Shown here: positions 18,571 to 26,837 of the stretch, one piece after another
How the letters are laid out: the number at the start of each line of letters is the position of its first letter
How positions within the stretch are numbered: position 1 is the first letter of the stretch
Source of the DNA: Alkalispirochaeta sp.
GTDB lineage: Bacteria > Spirochaetota > Spirochaetia > DSM-27196 > Alkalispirochaetaceae
NCBI GenBank assembly: GCA_965242725.1
Contig: CBDESZ010000004.1
Span: forward strand, 192,001 to 256,000
Length of the DNA stretch: 64,000 nucleotides
Reading direction: 5' to 3'
Notes under the pieces: generated by a model
Seen by the model: the letters and a program-made list of their open reading frames with translations, nothing else
Told to the model about the DNA's origin: nothing
The model's database searches: none
Translations under genes and position numbers: made by a program

Positions 18571-19662
18571 TCAACTCGGCTGCTCCTGTACGCCGCCGAC
18601 GGTCATGATCGTGGACACGACGTCGACCAGGTAAGCCGCACCGTACTCGGTGGTATCTACGATGATGGTCCCCGACGCGCTGTCGGGAGGTCCGTCGGGA
18701 CCGGTTTCGGATACACTGGTCCATGAGTAGTGGACATTGTTCAGTCCGATATACCTGGCCGGTGTTTCCTCCGAGTCAATCGACATCGCGCCGTCAAATT
18801 CGGCGGAGAATGTTCCCGTCCCCTCGCTGACGACGATATCAAACTCGCCGGTTATTTCGGTTCCCGTGGCGTTATTGATGTCAATGTCCATGGTGATCTG
18901 TCCGTTTTCCCGGTCGATCCACGCTATTGTAAATCCTTCGCCGGTGATGCCCTCTTCCTCGGACAACAGGAAGTTCCACAACGACGTGACGAGGAAAAAT
19001 GCGTTTATGGTACTGAATGAGACGCCGTCGGCCATGATATTCACGATTGAAGACATCGCATATTCATCATCACCGGCGGTTATTGTACCCTCCGCCTCGA
19101 GCGGGAGATCCCCCATTTCTCCCTCCGCCGTAGTGTCGGTCGTCACGGTGACGGCGTCATAGGTAAAAGAGGGGAAATCGTATCCGGAAATGGTGAGGGA
19201 GCCGTTGAGCGTCACCGCCTCGGTATTGTCTGTACCGTCCGATGTTTTGGTGAGATTGATCGTCTCACCCTCTCCCGTACCGATGGTGAGGTCTGGAAAT
19301 TCCTCCGGCGGATCGGCGGGACTATATGCACTGAAGGTGACATCGGCCTCGACCCACGTTTCAGTTGTTTGTTCCACGATGCTCACGGTGATTCCAGCGG
19401 GCATCTGCCGGTCGATGGCGCCGCGTTCAATTTCTATGGCGGTAAAAATGTTTTCAGTAAGACCGAACATTCCAAGTATGACCGGTGCCGGTATCTCCGC
19501 CGCGGCGGTAACCGTTCCCGGTGGTGAAGGACCCGGGCCTGTTCCGCCGGTTTCTCCTCCGCCGGCGGCATTCGGATTCAGCACGTTTTCACAGGATGAG
19601 AAGAGAAACGTCCCGACAATAATCACGAGTGCCGCCATATAGTTCCTTCGGTGAGTGTTCAT
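18571..19662 (-). CDS. Acidic lipoprotein of unknown function with an internal duplication
   Basis: AAGGAG RBS before ATG 19662; lipobox LFSSC; G/P linker; two related D/E/T-rich halves. Confidence 0.75.
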   Translation of the reverse strand: MNTHRRNYMAALVIIVGTFLFSSCENVLNPNAAGGGETGGTGPGPSPPGTVTAAAEIPAPVILGMFGLTENIFTAIEIERGAIDRQMPAGITVSIVEQTTETWVEADVTFSAYSPADPPEEFPDLTIGTGEGETINLTKTSDGTDNTEAVTLNGSLTISGYDFPSFTYDAVTVTTDTTAEGEMGDLPLEAEGTITAGDDEYAMSSIVNIMADGVSFSTINAFFLVTSLWNFLLSEEEGITGEGFTIAWIDRENGQITMDIDINNATGTEITGEFDIVVSEGTGTFSAEFDGAMSIDSEETPARYIGLNNVHYSWTSVSETGPDGPPDSASGTIIVDTTEYGAAYLVDVVSTIMTVGGVQEQPS

Positions 19663-19856
19663 GTACGTCTCCTTTTGCGCCTCCTCAGACACGGAATAAT
19701 ATGACAAAAAAAGTCTTCTATTATCGAACATACCGCGATGCGGGTTGTCTTTCAAATTCTCCTGCCGAGGCGGGTTGCACGGGGCTGGACGGGAGAGATC
19801 CCCGCGGAACGCACGTTCAATTTTGAAAAAGAAAAGAGACTTCCGCCGGAAGGCGG

Positions 19857-20975
19857 TCAATCATCGATGGGATGGGTCCAGTCCCAGGTGCCGTCGGCGG
19901 TCATCGTTGCCCAGTAACGCTGGCCCGACGGGATGGTGAGTATGCCGCCGGAGGCTCGCCCGGAGATGAACTCACCTTCATAGCGGAGGCCGTCCGATTC
20001 CGTGAGTATGCCGAATCCATGGGGAGTCCCTCCGACGATTTCTCCCTCATAGGAGGTGCCGTCGGGCCAGATCGCCATTCCGTAACCGTGGGGACGGCCG
20101 TCCTTCCACTGACCTTCGTGGTAGCGGGCGGCTCCTGCGGTGAGGGGAACTTCTATCACGCCTGTGCCGGACCACTCCATGATTCCGACGCCGTCACGCC
20201 GTCCCGACTGCCACTCGCCCTGATAGCGGGAGCCGTTTGCCCAGCGGTATTCGCCCTGTCCATGGAAAAGACCCCGGTGAAATTCGCCTTTGTAGCGGTC
20301 TCCGTCGGATGTGGTGAGCGTCCCCTCGCCGTCCATCGTTCCATCCCGCCACGATCCGGAGTAGATGCTTCCGTCCGCCCAGGTGAGCGTGCCGTTTCCG
20401 TTGCGTCTGCCGTCCCGCCAGTTTCCTTCGTAGATGTCGCCGTCCCGGGTGGTGAGGATTCCGTATCCCGAGGGTTGACCGTCCCGGACGTCGCCGACAT
20501 AGGTGCTTCCAGGTAACTCGATGGTCATCGTTCCCGACGGGAGGGGGAGGGACGGCGGTAATGGCGGTGCGGGAGGTGGGGTGTCTTCCGGAGGACCGAA
20601 TGTGATTTCCTGCGGCGAGCGGGCGACGACGTCGACGCGACGGAACAGTTCTTCCCCCGACCGGGGACCCTCCGACGGGATGACGCTTATTATCTGGACG
20701 CCTTGGGGGAGCGACAGTACCAGAGCGCCCTCGTCGGGGACATCCCCCTTGAACGTTCCGTTTACGTAGACTGCAGCGGGATGGGAATACCGTACGGCAA
20801 CACTCCCCGTCGCGACCCCGACTTCTTCTCCCGCCTCTTCCCCCGTGTCGGGGCCACTTCCGGGAGCCTCCGACGGGGATTGGGCACCATCATCCGCCCC
20901 GAAAAGATCCGTCCATGTCGGTATCGTTGTGCAGGAGGCGACGATGAGCATGAGAAGGGGCGCCACGTACTTCAT
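19857..20975 (-). CDS. MORN-repeat lipoprotein with a PEGA-like N-terminal domain
   Basis: Lipobox VASC; AAVYVNG segment; repeated Y.G.W.DG...G.G MORN units. Confidence 0.88.
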   Translation of the reverse strand: MKYVAPLLMLIVASCTTIPTWTDLFGADDGAQSPSEAPGSGPDTGEEAGEEVGVATGSVAVRYSHPAAVYVNGTFKGDVPDEGALVLSLPQGVQIISVIPSEGPRSGEELFRRVDVVARSPQEITFGPPEDTPPPAPPLPPSLPLPSGTMTIELPGSTYVGDVRDGQPSGYGILTTRDGDIYEGNWRDGRRNGNGTLTWADGSIYSGSWRDGTMDGEGTLTTSDGDRYKGEFHRGLFHGQGEYRWANGSRYQGEWQSGRRDGVGIMEWSGTGVIEVPLTAGAARYHEGQWKDGRPHGYGMAIWPDGTSYEGEIVGGTPHGFGILTESDGLRYEGEFISGRASGGILTIPSGQRYWATMTADGTWDWTHPIDD

Positions 20976-21073
20976 TGACCATAGTGTAATGTGAGACGCA
21001 CGGATCGGCGAATAGATGGTATAATTGGTAACAGGTAATTGCGCTGTAATGTATTCCCATACAAGGAGGATCT

Positions 21074-22339
21074 ATGCATTACGCAGGTAAAACTGGTTTA
21101 TTCCTTGTCACGTTGTCGCTGCTCTCCTTTTCATTCCTTGGTGCACAGGCTGTCGACATTTCCGGCATCGCTCCTCAGGACCTCGATCCGTCGATGCTTG
21201 ATCTCAGCGACGCATCGTTCTATTTCCAGGGGCCACTTGAGTTGTATGTGGATGGCCTGCAGTACGGTGATCGTATGTATGCGGCGCTTCTCAAGTTTGA
21301 TGGAGCACGAACGATTGAGGTATATGCCCCCGACCGGTACGGCGCCGGGATGAGGCCGCAGGCAATCGATTTGAGTGATATCGAGCTGACCCCTCACAGC
21401 GACGGGACGATCACTATAGAGGGAGCCGCACTGGACGGTCATCTCTACGCCGCGACGGTGAGCTATGTGAATGGGCGAACCCTGGAGGCGTCCGCCGACT
21501 TTTCCCGTATCGGGGAGGTTCCCCGGGTACCGCCTGATGTGACGGCCCGGATTCAGCGCCTCCAGAACAACCTTTCCACTGCAGAAACAACCATTGCAAC
21601 CCAGGAGGAACAGATCCGGGAGCTGAGAAGGGGAGACGAGGCGATAGGAGATCTTCAGGATCGTATTTCATCACTGCGGAACGATGTGTCCCAGCGGGAT
21701 GAGCGGATCACGACCCTCCGCGACACCGTCAACACGCTGGAGACGCAAGTCCGTAATCTTGAGAACCCGAGAATCCCCGGGCTGCCGCGGATTCTGCGCT
21801 CCGGTTTTGACGGACAGAGCCTTTCCTTCGGCGACTGGGCGAGACCGGGCGACACTTTGCGCCAGACAGATCCGACAGCACGTTTTGCAAAGGTGGTCTT
21901 CCCCGTACGCCAGGCGGGCCGGGAGTTTACCTTTTCCGTAGAGGCGACGGTTCCCGATTCCGGATGGGTCGGTTACGGTCTCCATTTTCTTGCCGACCGG
22001 TCGGAAACGGTTCAGGGGTACGGGTACGGTGATTCCTACCTCGTCTGGTTGACCCGGGATCCCCGCAACCAGAGCGATCGCGGGTATATCCAACTGTACC
22101 GTTCATTTGACGACATCCATATGATTCAGGTTGCCAGCGCGATTCTTCCTATTTCCAATTTCAATCGCGTGCGTACCACGGTCTATGTGAATGCCGACGA
22201 CAATGAAGCGCAGGTATTTGTCCAGGGACGCTACGCCTTCTCCTTTCCCGCAGAAAACCTGAAGACCCGCGGATCATCCGTGGCCGTGCGGGCGTTGGGG
22301 CCGGTCACCTTTACGGATTTGACGGTCCGCGGACGATAA
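21074..22339 (+). CDS. Exported hypothetical protein (tandem beta repeat, coiled coil, beta-sandwich-like C-terminus)
   Basis: AAGGAGG RBS, signal peptide, heptad segment IQRLQNNL...LETQVRNLE. Confidence 0.75.
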   Translation: MHYAGKTGLFLVTLSLLSFSFLGAQAVDISGIAPQDLDPSMLDLSDASFYFQGPLELYVDGLQYGDRMYAALLKFDGARTIEVYAPDRYGAGMRPQAIDLSDIELTPHSDGTITIEGAALDGHLYAATVSYVNGRTLEASADFSRIGEVPRVPPDVTARIQRLQNNLSTAETTIATQEEQIRELRRGDEAIGDLQDRISSLRNDVSQRDERITTLRDTVNTLETQVRNLENPRIPGLPRILRSGFDGQSLSFGDWARPGDTLRQTDPTARFAKVVFPVRQAGREFTFSVEATVPDSGWVGYGLHFLADRSETVQGYGYGDSYLVWLTRDPRNQSDRGYIQLYRSFDDIHMIQVASAILPISNFNRVRTTVYVNADDNEAQVFVQGRYAFSFPAENLKTRGSSVAVRALGPVTFTDLTVRGR

Positions 22340-22413
22340 CCGGGGACCGTACAGAACCGGGGGCGGCGTGCCGCCCCGTATCGTACGCCTCTGTCCGATG
22401 TAAGGACACGTTT

Positions 22414-24309
22414 TCAGTCCGTGGTGAGTTGATCGCCGATCTCATCCGATTGGGATTGTGCAGTTGCTTCCGCGTGTCCTTCCTGTTCCTCGTCGTCCCT
22501 TCCGTCCCGGGACGGAAGGATAAGGGTGTTAGTTGCATTCATGATGTCGACGATTTGCGTCCGATTGCGGTCACTCACCGCAGAAATGTCCGTCATCGCT
22601 CCTGCGATCGTCGTCATGCCGTCTCCGATACGTGCCATCACCTCGCGGGAGTGTTGTGATATCTCGCCGACGTTGCGCATCGCTTCCAGCATTTGCTGAT
22701 TTCCCGATTTCATCTCAGTCGATCCCCCGGACACGCTGCCCGCCATTTCCCGCATTTGGGACAATGCACTGAGGATCTCCGCCCCGCCGGTACGCTGTTG
22801 TTCCATGGCGCTGAATATCTCGGAGAATACCGAGCGAACCTCTTCCAGGGCCGCCTGTATTTCAACGAAACTCCGGGTGCTGACGGTGCTCCCGTCGACA
22901 AGGCGGGTGATGAGGTTCTGCATCGATTTTATATCTTTCTTCACCCGGTCGGACTGGAGACTCGTTGTCTCTGCAAGTTTGCGTATCTCTTCCGCCACCA
23001 CGGCGAATCCCCGTCCCGCCGAGCCGGCGTGGGCCGCTTCTATGGCCGCGTTCATGGCGAGCAGATTCGTCTGGCCTGCCACCCCGGCAATGAGCTGGTT
23101 TGCCTCCTGGAGACTTCGGCCGGCGTTTGACATTTCCACAACAAGCTCTTCCTGGCTCGCGATGGAACTCTGGCCCGATTGAGCCGCTTCCGTGAGTGTG
23201 CCGAGGCGTTCCCGGGCGTGGGTGGATACCTGGGTGATGTTCTCCACCGATGCGATCATTTCTTCTATCGCCGATGATGACTGTTCGATCATCGATGCCT
23301 GCTGCTGAACGCTTTCGTCGAGGGACTCAATATTGCGCGCCATTTCCTCGATGATCGCCGAAGTCTCGGTGGTGTTTGCGACGAGGTCATCATTCTGGTC
23401 CCGGCCGGTCTGAACGATGTGGTTTATCTCCTGAACCGTTTCCACGGTCCGGGTAGTACTCTCTGCAAGCTGATCCCCCGTATTGCTGAGAACATCCACT
23501 CGTCCCACGACGGTATTGATAATGCCTCCCAGCTCGCTGATGGCGACGTTGATGTTACCCGCAAGTTCCGCGACCTCGTCCGAACCGTTCACCGCGGACG
23601 ACGCGGTGAGATTGCCCTGGGCGAGGGCGGCGCTGACTTCCATGACGCCGTGTACCCGTTTTACGATACTACGGGCGAATAACAGGGCAAATATGAATGC
23701 CGCCATCAGACTGGCCACCGTTGCCGCAGCGAGTGTGATGATTCCGAGGCGCGCCGTCTGCTGCATGCGAAGGCGCTGATCCGTCAGTTCCGTCACGATG
23801 ATCTCTTCCGCCCGGGAAGCTTCATTAATATACCCGAGCCGGGCGTTGCGAAAGTTCCCTTCCAGGGTTGTGCTGAACTCCCCGAAGCGATCCATCGCGT
23901 CCATCTGCTCCTGGGCGAGGGCTCCCATACGCTCAAGATAATTTCTCATCTCCCGCAACGAAATGAATACGTTGTCATCCTCGGTCGCGGGGACGGTACG
24001 GCCGAGTACCTGGGTACCGCCGTCCAGAATGGCGGATACCGCATCGTTGCCGTCTTCCAGGTGTTCCTGAACCTGGGTAATGTCGCTTTCGTCGAGAAAT
24101 CCCGCGCCGATTGCGGTGAGCGTCAGATTGGCGTGAATCACCGCATTCTGAGCGCGTTGAATCTGGTAGAGATGAGGCGTATAGACATCGGCGACGACCC
24201 GTGCGGCGCCGTTCAATTGGATGATCTGCCATACTCCGATACCCCCGGCGACGAGGATGATGGCGGCGAGACTTTGGAACGCGATCATGAGGCGTGTGCG
24301 TAATCGCAT
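22414..24309 (-). CDS. Methyl-accepting chemotaxis protein (four-helix-type sensor, HAMP)
   Basis: Two TM segments, [37 protein letters not shown]. Confidence 0.96.
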   Translation of the reverse strand: MRLRTRLMIAFQSLAAIILVAGGIGVWQIIQLNGAARVVADVYTPHLYQIQRAQNAVIHANLTLTAIGAGFLDESDITQVQEHLEDGNDAVSAILDGGTQVLGRTVPATEDDNVFISLREMRNYLERMGALAQEQMDAMDRFGEFSTTLEGNFRNARLGYINEASRAEEIIVTELTDQRLRMQQTARLGIITLAAATVASLMAAFIFALLFARSIVKRVHGVMEVSAALAQGNLTASSAVNGSDEVAELAGNINVAISELGGIINTVVGRVDVLSNTGDQLAESTTRTVETVQEINHIVQTGRDQNDDLVANTTETSAIIEEMARNIESLDESVQQQASMIEQSSSAIEEMIASVENITQVSTHARERLGTLTEAAQSGQSSIASQEELVVEMSNAGRSLQEANQLIAGVAGQTNLLAMNAAIEAAHAGSAGRGFAVVAEEIRKLAETTSLQSDRVKKDIKSMQNLITRLVDGSTVSTRSFVEIQAALEEVRSVFSEIFSAMEQQRTGGAEILSALSQMREMAGSVSGGSTEMKSGNQQMLEAMRNVGEISQHSREVMARIGDGMTTIAGAMTDISAVSDRNRTQIVDIMNATNTLILPSRDGRDDEEQEGHAEATAQSQSDEIGDQLTTD

Positions 24310-24550
24310 ATATGTATGACCTCCCTTGCTGGTCCGTGTGTTGTCAATGTGTGAAGGACTTTTTTATTTTGTGGAGGTTTTTTTGAAATGATGGCTCCAC
24401 GGCCGCGGACATACGGGCCGTCAGAGATGGTGACACCATACCGTTTTGCCGGCATTCTGTCCACTTCTTCTCACACGGGCACGCCTCTCTTGTGTCGGCC
24501 TTCAAAGGCGGGACATTCATTTCATCGTTCCGGTGTGTTATATTCTCTCC

Positions 24551-24964
24551 ATGAAATCACGACTGATTCTTGTAGTACTTCTTGTCTGTTTCATTGTCAT
24601 TCCCGTTGCGGCAGATATCGGCGCCGGTATCGTCCTCGGGTCGCCCTCGGGAGTGAGTGTGCTTATCGACAACCGTGTTGCCTTTGCCGCCGCGTGGAAT
24701 ATCGAGAAAAGTCTCCTCCATTTGCATGGAGATCTCTGGCTGTTGCGTCAGACACTGGATGATCCCCTGGACTGGTATGTCGGTGTGGGCGGCAAAGTGC
24801 TGGTCATGGAAGATCCATCAATAGGGGCACGGGTTCCGGTAGGTCTGCAATGGTATGCAACACCGGTGATTGAACTTTTTGCGGAGGTTGCGCCGGGTCT
24901 CAGAATCGTTCCTAGCACGGCCTTTGACATTGACGGCGGCCTGGGGATTCGATTTCACTTTTAA
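24551..24964 (+). CDS. Small outer-membrane beta-barrel protein (DUF3996-like)
   Basis: Signal peptide; G.G...G.P.G start; WYVGVGG, GARVPVGL, ELFAEVAP; terminal GIRFHF. Confidence 0.75.
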   Translation: MKSRLILVVLLVCFIVIPVAADIGAGIVLGSPSGVSVLIDNRVAFAAAWNIEKSLLHLHGDLWLLRQTLDDPLDWYVGVGGKVLVMEDPSIGARVPVGLQWYATPVIELFAEVAPGLRIVPSTAFDIDGGLGIRFHF

Positions 24965-24987
24965 CCGACACAACTGAATGCGTCAGG

Positions 24988-26256
24988 CTACTCGTGGTCG
25001 CCGTTTTTTATGAGGTCCACAAAGAGCTTTGTCAGCGTCGGATCAAGCACTTTGCCTGCCATCTGGGTGAGGATGCGGCACGCTTCCGCCGGAGGGTAGC
25101 TTAGTGGTTTTCCCTGGGAGATCCTGTACGGCCGTTCGGTGGTGAGGGCGCTGTAGACATCCGCTACGGCGACGATGCGTGCTCCCATGGGGATCGTTTC
25201 TCCCTCCAGGCCGTCAGGATATCCAGATCCGTCCCAATGCTCATGCTCGTGGCGGACGATGGGTACGACATCGCGATAAATTTCCATGTTTGACAGTATT
25301 TTTGCGCCAATAATGGTGTGCTGCTTCATGATCTCGAACTCCTCATCATTGAGGGGTCCCAGTTTTTTCAGGATACGATCGGGAATGGCGATCTTTCCGA
25401 TGTCATGAATGGCCGCCCCCGCCCGAACCGCTTCCATATCTTCATCAGACAGTTTCAACTCCTCCGCAAGTCGGACCGCCAGTTCCTCCACGTCCTGCGA
25501 GTGTGTCCCCGTGTACTCATCGCGTTCGGCGAGCATGTCGGTAATGCGTTTAAAGGCAAGGTGGGATTCCCGCCGCAAACGGAGGTAGTTCCGTGTGGAA
25601 TAGTGGACCAGTGACAGAGGCACGAAGGCGAGCATCAGGTAAATGATGGACGCCTCGTACAGCGTCGCCATGAGGGCAGCGAGGACTCCCATCGTTGAAA
25701 ACTGCAAATGAAGATTCTTCAATGCTGTTCTCAGGACCCGGAAAAAGCTTTCTCCACTGCTTAAATGCAACATACCTGCGACAAGACTGTTGTTGAGCAG
25801 GATATACATGAAAAACGATGCAATCATGGCGAGGAATTCACCAAATTCGGTCGGTGTCGCGGCGACGATTGTCTCAAATATGATTGCGGCAACACCGATA
25901 CTGATAATAAGTTGCCCCGTGTTGAAAATTACAGGCGCAAAGAAACGCCCGCGATCGGTCCGGAAGTAATCCCATCTGAGAACGATTTCCGCCGGCACCG
26001 TCGAGAGCGCGACAACCCAGAGAGCGAGCGGGAGACCTCCAATGTAAATGGCGGACATGACAACGGCAACGCTCGTTGAAAGGAACCAGCGCGGCAGGAT
26101 TTCCAGCTCATAGACCTGAGAGAGAAAGGAGCTGACGGTGAGAAGAAATAAAACTCCTGAAAGATCGGCGACATCTATCGCCATTAAGCCCAACAGAGGA
26201 AATGTGAGAGCGCCCAGTCCAACGAACGCGAGATACAAACGTACCCTCAAAGCCAT
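24988..26256 (-). CDS. Membrane-bound HD-GYP phosphodiesterase with a multi-TM N-terminal sensor region
   Basis: About 220 hydrophobic N-terminal residues, then DEYTGTHS, HDIGK, HTIIG, HEHEHWDGSGYPDGL, ADVYSALTTERPYR. Confidence 0.95.
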   Translation of the reverse strand: MALRVRLYLAFVGLGALTFPLLGLMAIDVADLSGVLFLLTVSSFLSQVYELEILPRWFLSTSVAVVMSAIYIGGLPLALWVVALSTVPAEIVLRWDYFRTDRGRFFAPVIFNTGQLIISIGVAAIIFETIVAATPTEFGEFLAMIASFFMYILLNNSLVAGMLHLSSGESFFRVLRTALKNLHLQFSTMGVLAALMATLYEASIIYLMLAFVPLSLVHYSTRNYLRLRRESHLAFKRITDMLAERDEYTGTHSQDVEELAVRLAEELKLSDEDMEAVRAGAAIHDIGKIAIPDRILKKLGPLNDEEFEIMKQHTIIGAKILSNMEIYRDVVPIVRHEHEHWDGSGYPDGLEGETIPMGARIVAVADVYSALTTERPYRISQGKPLSYPPAEACRILTQMAGKVLDPTLTKLFVDLIKNGDHE

Positions 26257-26294
26257 TGGGGGGATAGTAGCATGTAATGGAATGGAAAGGATAG

Positions 26295-26330
26295 AAAAAA
26301 TAACGCCCCGTTACGTGGTAATCGGGGCGC
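26295..26330 (-). terminator. Rho-independent terminator between the peptide gene and HD-GYP gene
   Basis: Minus strand: GCGCCCCG-ATTACCACGTAA-CGGGGCGT followed by TATTTTTT. Confidence 0.8.
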
Positions 26331-26386
26331 TTATACGGATGAACGCCTGAAGCGTTCCGTTGTTTACATCGTTACGTGCGTGTCGA

Positions 26387-26533
26387 TCAACCGCCCCACT
26401 TGCTGCTTGAGGTAGCGATAATGACGAGCGCAGTTACGGCGATTGTTACCAGGATGGAACGTGAGTTCTGGATCTTGACGAAAAAATTGTTGACCCGATC
26501 AGCCGCCTTGTCGTTGTAACCTTGCCACTTCAT
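26387..26533 (-). CDS. 48-aa small secretion-type peptide ending SSSKWGG
   Basis: GAGGAGG RBS 6 nt before ATG 26533; MKWQGYNDKAADRVNNFFVKIQNSRSILVTIAVTALVIIATSSSKWGG; bracketed by a consensus promoter and a terminator. Confidence 0.8.
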   Translation of the reverse strand: MKWQGYNDKAADRVNNFFVKIQNSRSILVTIAVTALVIIATSSSKWGG

Positions 26534-26603
26534 ATGATTCCTCCTCAGGATTTTAGGTTCCCGAACCATTAATTTCAATAACTATTTTACCTTTACTAAC
26601 GTC

Positions 26604-26632
26604 AGTTTAAAACCATAAATTCTACTTGTCAA
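26604..26632 (-). promoter_or_regulatory. Sigma70-type promoter for the peptide gene
   Basis: TTGACA (26632-26627), 17-nt spacer, TAAACT (26609-26604), with an A/T-rich UP-like tract immediately upstream. Confidence 0.75.
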
Positions 26633-26837
26633 GGATATTTTTAAATTTTTTTTCTCTCCCTCTGGAGATGACGCTATTCGGTTGTTGAACAAGGTGTCGT
26701 CCGGTGGAACGCGATTGATGTGGAAAACGATGGGCGATCAGTATGCGCGAGCGCGCGGCTTTTTCTGCATTATAATACGGATTATTTGTTTCGAGAACGG
26801 GAATTAATGGAAAATATCGAAGTGGTGTGTGTTTGTT

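Noticed and set aside
19900..20500. Periodic repeats that could suggest a CRISPR array or tandem DNA repeat
   Set aside because: They are degenerate protein-level MORN repeats; there are no identical direct repeats with spacers and no cas genes.
26387..26533. Peptide as an amino-acid attenuator leader (two Trp codons, terminator downstream)
   Set aside because: The Trp codons are far apart, the terminator begins over 50 nt past the stop with no evident antiterminator, and the downstream gene is not biosynthetic. The signal-like hydrophobic core fits a functional peptide better.
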